From Trichosphaerium sp. ATCC 40318 (lineage: Eukaryota; Protista; Tubulinea), in NCBI GenBank assembly GCA_038496445.1, contig JALMLS010000233.1, positions 1 to 44,793 of the forward strand: 44,793 nucleotides of DNA, given 5' to 3'. The translations under genes and the position numbers were made by a program. Below the pieces are notes generated by a model that saw nothing but the letters and a program-made list of their open reading frames with translations, ran no database searches and had not been told where the DNA came from. Below, one piece after another: positions 23,813-36,428 of the stretch (its first letter is position 1; each line of letters starts with the position of its first letter).

Positions 23813-24103
23813 GTTGGTTTTTTGAGTTTATAAAAATAATATTGTTCCGGTTTCTCCGTAAAACATCCGGATTCGCAAATACTTTTTGTAAATTGTCCGA
23901 GTTTTTTTTTGTTTTTTTCCTTTGCCTGTGTTGATAATCAATTCACGTACAACAGGTTGGCGGGTCTTGTCGTAGGATTCACTTCGGTGTTGAAAGGGTT
24001 CTGTGACAAAAACTGGGGTGAAAACGGTGGACAATAACAAACTTGTCAATCTCTGGATGTTAAGAATTCTGTTTATTTTCTTTCTAATTTTCCTGTTAAA
24101 TAC

Positions 24104-27100
24104 TTAGTTTTTTGTTAGCATGTTAATAACCCTAGCAAGTTTGATAATGTCTGTCTGCTTTTGAGGATTTTCTAGTCGCATTTTTAATTGATCTAGTGTA
24201 ATCTAAATAACCAACGTAAGCACGGAATGAGATTTGGCCGTTTTGTTGCGTACCAAAATCTCGTCGATGTACGTGTAAATACACGTTGTAATGACACCCA
24301 AGTTATCTGTAGTGGTGCTAACTGGTGCAAAGTTTGGTTGTCTTATCATTGTCGACAATGCTGCAACCTCCTAATCAAGAAAATTAGAATAAATATCCGG
24401 TACTATACGAAAAAAATCTAAGTAAGTACTTGTTTCAAGCTAGATGCCGCTCCTAGTAAATTATTAGTATGTTTCTTCTTTTATTGTGTTTGTACCTTGA
24501 ATGTGGTTTGCCATAGCTATCACGGAACGTCTATTTGTCGTATCTAAACCGTTTTTGTACTCTTGAATCTGTATAATCATTTCGTCCTAGAACGTGATCA
24601 GTAAGTGAGAAACAAACAAAACTCACAATAGCCGCCAAGCTAACGCCTTTAATTGTATTTAACTTCTCGCTTAGCGCAACAGGAATCAGTGTTGTAGTGC
24701 TCGTTCTGGCACCTGTCCTTCGTTGGCCCTTAAAAAAACATAAGTATCACGTTTAAAACTGTTGCAAATAACCATGTCGTACGTCAACTGTAGGTGGTGC
24801 AGGAAGTATCATGCGTGGTTTCTCAAGAGGTAAATCCGTGTATATTTGTAGTTGATAGTCACTTTCAACACCAGGTTGGAATGTGCATGGCACCACAACG
24901 TATTCCCCAGGTTGTAATCCAATCAACTCCGACACTATCCTCATATTTTAGAGTGCATACTCACTACTTGGTTTGTACCTTCTGAGTTTATAAAAGGTGT
25001 ACTGAGAAGTATCTTATCCTCTGAAAATACCTTGGCACCTTTCTTTGATGCTAAGAAACGAAATCAGTGCGCGTTTGCCCAAAAAAAAACCATGTTGGGA
25101 GAACAAACCAATTTAGGAAAAAAACACAGTACGCACGTTTTTCAAAGAGGTAGAAACCGATAAAGGGCGAAACATCAATGCCTCTCACATGCTCAGCGAA
25201 CGGTAGAGTGTATGGTAAAAGATGCAATTGAATGCTGAGGAAGGTTTTTTCTCTCACAGTAAGAGAATACTGCTCATTAACTTCAAAAGCATTTCCTGCA
25301 CTGGATAATGCTCCTCCAGCGTTTGAACCTCGTATCCATTGATGCTAAATATTTTAGATACACTAAGGATAGGTATTGTAGTACCTGTATTTCGGAGATA
25401 TGAGACCACTCTTTACACTTGTGTAATGTTATCCCAGCCTGAGAGTTCATGTGGATAGTGTAAGGACCTTTTTTTTGAAGTTAATTTTGCGATGTCGTAA
25501 AGTAGAAAAGAAAATACGTACTCAAGTGGCCTTTACTATAAGTACAAGGCAGCACTATATATCGACCGGGATCAGTTATTGTTAATGATACCTGGAATTC
25601 GCTTAGAGCGTAGAACTCGTTTCCGTAAACCACATCTGCTTTGTTGAAGTTCAGTAATTTGAATTCACCAGCTAGAAGTACAACATGAGCAAATCTGTTT
25701 CATTACTTTGTATGTTTTCTTACCTCTTGATACCATAACATAAATACCGATGAATCGACGCTTTGATTTTTTATACAACTGAGTATTTGGTACTTGAAGT
25801 TTTAAATAAATTTGTGTTCTAGGTTTTCCAACATCAAAGTAGTACTGCGTGTTATTTCTCCACGCCGGGCTCACATTTGGACATCCACCACTAGATATAG
25901 ACGTCCAGTGATTCTAATACAGTAATGAGCAATAACAAAAGGAAGTAAAAGAGCGTGATATACTAACCTTAACAGTACAGCGTTGTAAGGAAATATCAAA
26001 CATCTTGATGAAGAATATTTTAGGAAAATTCTCTATGAAATCCTTCACAGACATATAAAAATATCCTTCTTCATCAGGTGCCCGTTTCTAATATCCAATT
26101 AAACATATCAAGTACGAACACTGTAAAACATTACACAGCATGAGTCACAAACGAAAAAAACAAAAAATCTTGACTAAGTACCTGAAGTGGACTTGTCCAT
26201 AAAGGAGATTGTCTTGACCAATCAAGACGCCATTCGCCCATTGTACCCCAAAAATTACGTAATCTTAATAAAACAAGATCTTGTTGAACTTCTTCAATAG
26301 CCACGACGCAGTAAAGGTGATTCTGTTAAGATTATTTGTTAGATATACCAAGTTTGGCAGTATCTGTACTTTTTGGTGCCTTTAATAGTCCTGTTTCATT
26401 AGACCGATCTCTAACGTTTTGTTCACTTATTAAACCACTCTTATTCATACAACTATTTAAGAAAAAGTCACGTGACAAGTTATTGGCAAGGACAATCGAC
26501 AGATTCAAAGAAAACTGTACTCGTACCTGACAAGATTACCACATCTTATTTGTTTCCTTATTTGCTCTAATTTCGTGTTACATTGGAATAAAGAAATCAT
26601 TTATAAACCAATAACTCATACCTATTCCCCATTGTCTATTTTCTTCAGTCAAGTACCTGCAATAGTATTAAGAAGACAATCAAAATTGAAATAATAAAAA
26701 GTCTCAATTACTAACACTACTTCAGCTTCGCGTCCTGTCAAATGAAGGAACGCTTCTTCTTCTGTCCCGTGATTTAACTTTTCGTAGCATCCAAGTTTCT
26801 TTGCGTACACCTGATACAGTTACCTACACTTGAAAAACAACGAAAAAAAAACTTGATATTTCCGCAGGTTCTCCACTCTCCGTACCTTTTCCATAAGCAT
26901 CACCCATGTTTCATTACCTTTTATTATAATGTCAATACTTTTACTTATTATTTTAATTGCATTTTACTAACCTTCGAGTGATTGTGCGAATAGTGGTTTG
27001 CCATCAAGTCCACATGGAATAAAGTCATCCACCAGAACTTAAAAGATTATTACTCAAATGAAAAATTAAAGTATTCAAGTACTATTATCCCATTCTTTCT

Positions 27101-28502
27101 TTCTATCGTTGTACATTCGAAACGAGTATACACCTGGTACGCTCGCATCAGTTGAGTTGAATAGGTTCATAAATAAATCAGCACTAAGAGAAGTGGCACA
27201 AAGAGGTCCAAGAAACCAAGCGTCATTAGCCATGCCACGCAAGATTTCTCCAGGATGAGGTACATCGTTATAAAATAGAGGAGCAACAGACAACTAAGGT
27301 GTCTTAATAATTTAACAAAGACTATGATTGGTACCTCAGACAGTCTACGCCATTTGAACACGTTAGCATTTGCTATTGAGGTAAGTAATTATTTCGGATC
27401 ATGTGAGCACATGTAACGCACATGATATGTTGTCCTTGTAAAGAGATGTATTATTGGTAGGAAACTCTCTATCGTTGTATTTTTGTCCAGATTTTAACAA
27501 CTGGTCTGTAAGACGCCAAAGAACTAAGTCTTCATCATGTTGCTAATCGGATTAGCCGAATAGAAATTGAGATTATTTTGATGCATACCTTTAGGTCTCT
27601 TATACCTTTCAAGTGAGGCTTGGCGTAGTAATACTCTTTAACTATTTTCGTTTCTCTGAACTCTTCAAATGAAGGTGGTGGTACGCCATATTGTCTCCAC
27701 GATCTTGTACAGAGATTAGTTAACCAGCTTTTGGTTTTCTAGTAACCTAATAGTTGTACCTGGCCTTTAGCCTGAGATGAGTGCGTTTCCTAACCCAGTT
27801 TTTAGGACTCTTCGGTTCTACTACCTTTGGAGGCTCCAATTTGATCACGTGATTTGCATTTGGAGGTGATACAGACAATTGTGATGCTGTAGCCATTGAC
27901 CCAGCTTCAAATTCTGCTAAACTAACAGATTTAGGCTCTTTGTGGTTCGTAGAGGTTCCATTGCTCTTCTCTTCGTCCACGAAAGGTACTTTGTTATCTC
28001 GCTTCCTTGAGTCCTTAGTTCGTTTCTTGCGCTTTTTAGACACCATTTTACGAGTCTTTTTATCTATTTTCTTCAACATGCGTTCCATTCTGAATACTTT
28101 TTCGAAAAGCGAAGCGAAAACCTTTGTCGCTTCACTTTTAGATGCATCACCCGATACCTTTGCCTTGACAGAAGAAAGGCTTATACGCAAAGTGCCCTTG
28201 GATGGAAGATTAGTAAAACCCCGCGAGATTTTGGTAGTTATAAATTAATAATTTTAATCACATGCTTTTGAGTAATGGGTAATAATAACAGTGTTAAACT
28301 GCTGGTAGTTACTAGCGTACCGCTATTTTATTAATGGTGCTCTCCATGTCGAGGATCGTTGAGTTTAGAGTCTGGTACACGAGCCGTAGTACCTAAAATC
28401 AAATAAACAACATTTTCTGTTGAACTGTAATTACAGAAACGTTGTGCTTGTTCAAAATCATACCTGCTCTGCCTTCGAGGCCTCTGGAACGCCTATAGAC
28501 AT
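24104..28502 (-). CDS. Calpain-like protein (CysPc domain with catalytic Cys replaced; two C2-like domain III modules; helical termini)
   Basis: YNDREFP, RGMANDAWFL, LVDDFIPC, WVMLMEKVYAKKLGCYEKL, GLLKNHLY, RLRNFWG, GGCPNV..WRNNTQY, VVPCTFQPG. Confidence 0.85.
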
Positions 28503-28853
28503 ATTAAAGTATCGTTAACAAATGTCTTGTGCTACTGTGGGCAAAGTTAGGCTTGAATACACAATTTGTATCGAGGTTGTTTCACAAATTTTTTGTTTAT
28601 TAAGTTATCCTCAAAAAAGGCAAGGTGATACTGATACATCCACGTGACCAGTATGATTCGCGTGCAGCACGTGCAACGTCAATAACTTACCGGCGACGGT
28701 TCGCTATTTAATTTCGATAGTGCACACATTAACGCTTAGGGTAATGTTGGAAAGGTTATCGAGCGTGATGTTATGTTTTACACCTTTTTCGCGTCAACAT
28801 ACGACTTATGTTGATTTTATATTATAGTGCAGTTTATTCTTGGTTTGCGCGTG

Positions 28854-31849
28854 ATGGCCGCTGCTGGAACACTGCAGTGGTATAAACAAGCTTTGGCGGA
28901 TAGCCAAAGGAAAAACGCTGTGCTACAACAAAAAGTAGCTAGTTTAGAAACAGAACTACAGGTGTACAAGTCGCTGAGCAACTCTAACGTACAATAATTA
29001 TTTACGCAATAAAATTATTTCTAACGAAAGGAAAAGGCGAGGCGACGGAGTGTAGATAAAGGTACAGCCGCATTCGTAGCAAACCCGTTCGAAGAGTACA
29101 ATAAGACAGCAAATGCGCGAGCTAAAACTCATAAATTGCCTTTGAGCTCTGCTGGGCCTTTTACAACGCCGAAGAATGATACCAAAGCGGTTAAACGAAC
29201 AACACCGGCAGTATCGGCGAAAACCACCTCAGCTCACCCTAAGGGCGCCAGTAGCAATACTAAACATAGACAATCGCTATCCAAAGCAAAGAAAGTAAAG
29301 AGCCCGAAACGACACAAAAAAGAAGTAAACCAGCTCAGAACGCCTATGACGGGCGCCAAAGCCTTACCTATTGACAAACCACAAATTGTAATCAACCAGC
29401 CATTAGTAAAACCAGATCATCCGGCACCGATTAAGCTACGGCCAGGACAACAAAACGCGCTCGTTTTTATACAAGCAATTTGGCGCGGAGAATTAGGCCA
29501 ACAACGTCTGAAAAAATTAAAGCATAAAGCACACAATGCCAAAGCAACCGTCGCAGAGATGCTCAAAACAGAACGTGCTCATTGTGCTGAATTACAAAAA
29601 ATATCAGAAGTACGTGCCAGTGCAACTTTGCAGTTTCTTTTTTATTTTTGCAACGCTAACAGTTTTTAGCTTGTATTAGATCCATTGGCTAAGAATAAGA
29701 TACTGCCTGCAGAAAAACTTAGAGCAATATTTGCCAATTGGGGAGAGATTCTTCTAACGAATGTCAAATTTCTTTCTACTTTGGAACTTATTATACATGA
29801 TAAAGCCTTACCTCAACATGAAAAGCATGTGAGAATTTGTGAGCATTTTGTATCAAGCGTACGTAGCGGCAGAAATGACTACTTTATTCGTTTACATGTG
29901 TTGTGTTTAGGCTCTTTACTTTAAAAAGTATGCTGTATTTATTAATAATTACGATAATGCCATTGCTCTTGTTAAAGATTGTAAACAAAAAATACGACCC
30001 TTTGCAAATTTCATGGCGGTACGCGCGAAATTAAACAATGAAATTTAATTTTACTTTTTATTCTTTGGATTATTTTATCCTTATTTTTTTTTCAAAAAAG
30101 GAAGTTGACAAGAAGCTAATGGAACATCATACAACTTTTGACTATACTTTTGTTCGCCCAGTAAAGCGCTTACCTCAGTATATTCTCCTACTAAAGGCAC
30201 GTACCAGTTCGTCTAAAACAGCTATACAAACACGTTATGTTAACAGCTGCTTAAGGAACTTAAAAAAAATGTTACACGTAAAGATCGCTGTTGGAATGTG
30301 CTAGAACATGCGCTTACACTAATGGAAGAACTTGCTGACTATGTCAATACCCGTAAAAGAAACGTACGATATTGACACCATCTCTTTTGCGCTAATGTGT
30401 CAACAGGCTGAAAATTTGAACAAAATCAAAAAAATCCAGCTTGGCTTCATTGGTAGAGCTCCCGTACGTGTAGTAAATGTACATTACACATCTAACAACC
30501 TATTAGGACTTGCGTCAGAGTGGAAGGTTATTTGGTACGTATTTGTGAAGTAAAAATAACTTGAGGGTGCTAATTGTTTTTTTGAAGTTGGTGAAATTGA
30601 AGTACATGAAATGCAGCAAGTCGGTCGACCTATAACAAAAAAAATCTACTTATTTAACGATGCCTTACTATTCAAACAACTACCAAATGGTAGATTTGAT
30701 AGGCTAGTGTATCTTCGCTCGGCTTCTGTATCTAAAATGGGTATGTCGCGCAGGCGCTTTGTAAATCATTAACGATGTTTTAGGTGAGGATATTATGCAA
30801 ATAAGAGTACCGAAGGAAACATACACACTTCAATTACCAAACTCAAGAGTAAGTGAAAATAGAAACGCTGAGTGTTGATTAATATTCGTAGATGAGGGAT
30901 CAGTGGGTTATGGAATTAACACATACCATAGAATCGCTACAGATTGGTGCTAGTGTGCGTTGGAGAAATGCCGTGTTGGTACACGTGACTAATAAATCTA
31001 GGTTTTGGATGACTTTGCATCTCCTCAAATTCAACATAAGGCAGTAGTATCTAATAAAGTAATCCGTGAGGGACCATTGTATAAACTAACATCTAAACAT
31101 CTTTGGGTCAGACGCTGGTACAAAAGGCAGCATTTTAGCTCTCTAGCAGCTTGAACTTCCTTTATTTTGTTTTACTGATCATTGTTAGGTTTGTTCTTGA
31201 GGAGAGTGGTTTGCTCTTATATTTTCATAATCAGAGTTCAAAGAGCCCTAGAAGTTTCTTCAAAATGTCAGATATCTTCATTCGTGTCAACAAGACAACT
31301 TTACATGTTGTCATTGAATTTCACACAAAGAAGTCAATTGTACTAAAATTAGCAGCTGATAATCAACCAGGTAAACTTCGGCTTTACCCACCGTAATCTT
31401 TTGACTAACTCTAATATTGAGGCTTAAAGGCGTGGTACAAAGCTTTGTATCCATACACCATACCTGGTCTCGCAAAGGCGAACAATAAAAAGACAAAGGA
31501 TGCTGAGAATCAAGAAGAGGTTGATCTTATTTCCTTTACAAGTGCACCAGCTAGAAGTGCCTCTATGCCAGCTGACGCAATTGCTAAATTACCCCAACAA
31601 TTTCATACTGTTCAAACCGTGTCTTCACCAACTATGAAACCAGCGAACATGCAACCCTTCATGTCAAATCCTGCTCCTTCAGCACATACAGTTGTACGAG
31701 TAAGTGACTTTTTTTCAGCTCTTATTCGCCTTTACTTATTATCTTTTTTTTTTAAGTCGGAGTCAGAATCTGAAAGAGAAAGTGAAGAACCTATAACCGT
31801 TGAAGAGAAAAGAGAGCGGTTTTCTAATATTAGGCGATCTAGCTATTAA
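28854..31849 (+). CDS. Rho guanine nucleotide exchange factor (coiled coil, IQ, DH, PH, PH)
   Basis: IQAIWRG (IQ); VAEMLKTERAH, AIFANW, YAVFINNY, RPVKRLPQYILLLKEL (DH); IYLFND, RDQWVMEL and IREGPLYKL..WVRRWFVL (PH). Confidence 0.88.
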
Positions 31850-32028
31850 ATTATTGATATTGTACCTCGTCGTTTACCGTTATATTTTTAGCTGTAAAGT
31901 CAGTACGTGGTGTCAGTGCTGATAGTACTTTAATATGCTCGTAAGGCGTAGCCATTGTTATTTTTGAGGGCTATAATAACAGGACATGATTTTTTATTGT
32001 ACAAAGTCTGTTATTTTTTTGTTTTTAG

Positions 32029-32488
32029 CTACAATACCATCTTTTTAACACCCATGTCAATATTAACCGTCTGGTGTACCATGTTAATGCACACAGGGCA
32101 TCGGTTGCCCAAAAACTCAAGCACGTCATTTGAGCAGTGCTGGCAAAACATGAAATGGTTACAAGGGGAGTATATGACCTTCAAAACGTAAGAAAACGGT
32201 TACTCGTGTAGCATGCCTTTTTAGGTACAGCGCAGCATTTTTTGCAAATATCATCGTCCGCGTTCTCTAAATCTAAGCCCTGTACAGTTGTTAGCCGGAA
32301 AAAGGAGAAACAGGCCTTACCAAATCCTCAATCATTGCTTTTACTTCCGCTTTGAGATCATTGAGAGTTTTTGCAGGTGTAGGTTGTGTTTGTGCGTCGG
32401 CGTTATCAGTTGACGCACCATTAGCTTGTTTGTTCTTTTTCTTGTCTTTTTTGCCTTTACTCTTGCCCTTGGACGATTTATTGCCCAT
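32029..32488 (-). CDS. Small N-myristoylated, polybasic RING-HC (C3HC4) protein
   Basis: MGNKSSKGKSKGKK start; spliced CKKCCAVPKKVIYSPCNHFMFCQHC..RCPVC. Confidence 0.85.
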
Positions 32489-32705
32489 AGCGCTTGAGTC
32501 CGAGTATCATTTGACAATCGTTGAATGAATTCAAGTATTTTTGTAGTCAACCTCTTAAGACGCACTGGTTTCGTGCATGCTACTTCACTAGAGTGCGTAA
32601 TAGCGAATGTAACTCATGTAATTTACATTTCGACACATTAGCGACACGAAATGTCGTTTATCATAGAAAAACATGTAAAAATACGCTAGTACATATCACT
32701 ACGCT

Positions 32706-35069
32706 ATGGCAAGGCGAGCAGTAATGCGTCGAGCGAGATTGACTAGAGAGCGTGTAAATGATCTTAAACCGCTATCATCGAGGCCAACTCTTACGAGAGA
32801 AGTCATTGATGCCGTAAAGCGTCGCCCTCAGCATTATTGGTCTCATAAATCAAATCAACGACATTTTTTAGAGTGTGTATTGGCTCCACACTACAACATC
32901 AAAACCCTGGACGATTTTTACGAGGTTAAATATCAGCATTTCGTTGACATTCAAGGACATGGCATTTTGAGCATGTACGACTCTTTGTCACCATAATAAC
33001 CAACTTATGTTAATTCTACAGGTATAATAACTGTATGTCAAAGGCACTTAAACGTTTATACCCAGATTACGAGTGGGTGTTGTGGAATTTCACGTAATAA
33101 GATTAGCTTCATGTTAAATTACTTATTTCTCTCAAGGGCTACGCCCCAAGGTCACTGGAATGTTCAAGAGAATCAAAAGGAGCGAATAGAGCACTTAGCA
33201 GAGCTTGCAGGTGTTAAAACGTTCACTGATTGGTACTCTAGCTCGTTAGAGCAGATGGTTTCACTTGGTGCAGCGCCACTTTTATTAAAGTACTCCAAGT
33301 TTATGACGCTAAAATAACGCTAATTAGATTTGATAAATCTCTTTACTTGTGCCTTAAGGCTCTCTATCCTGAGATTGAATGGGAACCATGGAAGTTCAGG
33401 TTCCAAATAAGTCAATCTTTCTGAGCATGTTGTTTTCTTACTTTATTCTAGAAATGCACCAAAAGATTTTTGGTCAGATCCTTCAAATCAGAGGGCACGT
33501 TTAAATGTTACTGCTCAGAATCTCAACGTTAAAACGCTTGAAGAATGGTATTTCATTGATCCAAAACGTGTAGATGACCAAGGAGTAACATATATCATTA
33601 AACACGTGTACAATAATATTGTGTTTTGTTTTTTAAACGGACATTGCCATTTTTATTTATTATTACCTTATAGAAACGATAGCTTACCAGATACTTTACA
33701 AGCAAACTATCCTGCATTTAATTGGGAACCAAAAAGGTTCCGAGCACGTGCTCCTCGGTACGGTCAATGAAAACAAAACCAGTAGATAGATGTACTAACA
33801 TATTGTAGCATATTTCCTATTGTCAGCTATGTTAATGAGTACTACTACCAATATCTTAATAGAATGGCGGCTAAGTATGATATTAAAACGCTTGATGACT
33901 GGTACAACTTCTCTACGGAAGATGTTAAGTTGAGCTGCAAGTTCCTAGTTACAGCGTACGTAGTAACATAAATTCTAACCCTGTTATTTTCAACTACTCT
34001 AACGCGTATTAATAGGCTTGGTGGTACAATCTATCATGCTTTGTGTAGTATATTTCCCGAATATGAGTGGCAACCGTGGATGTTTCAGTGAGAATCTAGA
34101 ATAATCATGTGACAAACAAGCAAAACTAACTTATTCTCTAGAACTATGCCTAAGAACTGCTTTGAAGACCCAGTGACTGCTAAGTACTTTGTAAAGTTTT
34201 TGGAGCGTACACAGAAGATGAACGATCCAAAAAAGTGGTAAGAACATTAGCTACAAGTTTTGTCTAATGTTCTTCGATAAAAATTAGGTATCGAGTATCG
34301 TGGAAGCAAATTCGCCAATTAGGAGGACGAGGTGTTATTAAACAGTTACCAAAAGCTATTGAACTTGTGTATCCAGAATTGAAGTTTAGTGCTAGTAAGT
34401 TCAAACAAGTTGTCAAATGTGCACGACAACGGTAAGTAGCACTATCATAAACAACTTAACAAAAAGCTAATATTTGTTTAGAGCTCTTCTGAAGTGTATT
34501 AAATCAATATTTCCAAACACAGTTGTGGTAGAAGAACACTCGATAGGAGTTAGATCAATGACTGGAAGCATGACAACTGTAGACATATTCGTACCTATAC
34601 ATAATCTCGCAATTGAGTATCAAGGTTTGTTTTGATCACCGTGCATTTCATTCATCTGACTGTATTCAAAGGAGAACATCACTACAAAGATATACACCGA
34701 AAAGGTACTGCAACGTTGTATCAGGCAAGGGATACCGAAAAGAATAAGCTGTGTATAGCAGCAGGTTAGTTGAATTTAAAGCTAAGTTTGATCAGCTTTT
34801 TTACTAAATTATGTAGGCATTTGTCTTGTCCCTGTGCCATTTTGGTGGGCTGGAGATAAGGCAAGCTTGATTTCTACAATAAGATACTATAGTCCCGATA
34901 TTGATATAAACTATAATGAACTTATTAAACCTCTTGGTGAGCAAATATTGGACTCTCACCAAAGTACGTTATAATGACATTCTTCTTTTTTTTTCAAAAA
35001 GAAAAAACTGACACTTTGCAAGCTTTATTTTTGAGCGATCCCGCACGCGAAACAATGAAGCAAGCATAA
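32706..35069 (+). CDS. Protein with five ~75-aa Trp-rich helical repeats and a C-terminal Vsr/DUF559/RAP-like PD-(D/E)XK nuclease-fold domain
   Basis: All introns splice GT-AG in frame. Repeat consensus P..W....NQ...L..LA....IKTL.DWY.......G...L......L...YP..EW.PW.F; C-terminal EEH..VDIFVPIHNLAIEYQGEHHY..RDTEK..C...GICLVPVPFWW. Confidence 0.85.
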
Positions 35070-35387
35070 ACAGCCTATGTGTACATAAAAAAATACTAGA
35101 TTTAAGGCCACTATTTGTGTTTTCCAACAGAATGATTTTGGCCATGTTAGTTGCTTTCAGACATTAGACCAAGTATCTCGCCCAGGATTTGCGTAATGCA
35201 TTCACTTTTTGAGCGTTTTTTGATTAACTAGATGCTCTCACACAGCACAGTAAAATTTATTGGCACAGCGCCAGTTGTTTTATGTGCTGTAAACAATATT
35301 CACTTTGCGGTAGGTAAAACACTTTATTACTTACAGCACGCTATAACACTGAAGTTTAGGAAGTGTTTTATTGATGTACCAAGTAAT

Positions 35388-36029
35388 TTAAGTTGTTGCC
35401 TCCAGTACTATATTCTCGTCTTGTAGTACATGCACCATAGCCTCAGATTCACTACTAGCACTGTTTTGTTTGCTTTTCCGGCACAGCCTTACACAAGCAA
35501 AAGCAGCACCAAGTATGATTATTACTGTAGCAACAGAAACTGCTATGATCATTCCAATAATAAAACCATAGTTGCCTCTATACTTTGTGCTGAAATCTAT
35601 AAACCCAGCATTCGTTTCATTACTATTGTTTACAAATACCTCTATATTCATTTCTAATTGTTGAACTACAGAAAATACAGCTGTCTTTGTTAGAATAATG
35701 TCTCCGGCACATGTGTAGTTTGTTGTTTTGTTATTCATAGATACTGCGCCAATGAATTCCTTGTCATTGTAAAGAGAGAATCTCGTTGTTGCAGATGAAG
35801 CCGCGAATGTTATTTCTATTGTCAAATCGCCCCCTGCTTCTCGGGAAGTAAATTTCTTCTGAATTGGAAACTCAGATATTGGTTCACGTATACGTGTAAC
35901 GTTGCATTGATTTATTGGTTTGGCGGGTACCAGAAGTTTATTAGTTACCCAGCCTTCTAATCCAGTATTTAAAGCATTACAATGCATCAATGAGAGTACA
36001 ATGAAAAGCATACATGACTTGCGAAGCAT
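35388..36029 (-). CDS. Intronless type I membrane protein of unknown function
   Basis: Signal peptide MLRKSCMLFIVLSLMHCNA, beta-rich ectodomain with N-glycosylation sequons, one TM segment (GFIIGMIIAVSVATVIIILGAAFACV) and a short tail. Confidence 0.75.
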   Translation of the reverse strand: MLRKSCMLFIVLSLMHCNALNTGLEGWVTNKLLVPAKPINQCNVTRIREPISEFPIQKKFTSREAGGDLTIEITFAASSATTRFSLYNDKEFIGAVSMNNKTTNYTCAGDIILTKTAVFSVVQQLEMNIEVFVNNSNETNAGFIDFSTKYRGNYGFIIGMIIAVSVATVIIILGAAFACVRLCRKSKQNSASSESEAMVHVLQDENIVLEATT

Positions 36030-36428
36030 AATGCAACCTGTGTTTTTGTGTGACCCGATAAGACTTGGATACCTTTCGTTTTCTGAAATGAGTTGGCTGA
36101 ATTTCCCAGTCTCCAAGTCGACTTCTACTTAAACGTTTGCGCCACTGTATGGATTTACATGCGCCGAAGAGCAAAGGTCGAATATTTGTATCTGTTTCAG
36201 GAGCGTTGTGAGCTAGGCAAAAAGGCCGAAAACAGTGCAAATGTACTTGCACTTTTTTATCATTTTGTTGCAAATACGTATTCACAAAAGTCAATACTAA
36301 GGATGGGTTAACATCAATACTCTGAAGAATTGTTATTCAATTGACATCGGTTGAATAGACTTTTTCAGCGACTGTAATAGTACGTGCAACAACTGTACAA
36401 CATCAGCTATTGCTCAGAGACGTATACC

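Noticed and set aside
23828-24049. ORF 23828..24049 as an extension of calpain or GST
   Set aside because: Calpain terminates at 24104 and GST has its own ATG at 23812; the ORF has no ATG start or motif.
28641-28675. Paired CACGTG E-boxes in the calpain/RhoGEF divergent promoter
   Set aside because: ACGT-containing words are common throughout the window, including in introns, so significance cannot be supported by eye.
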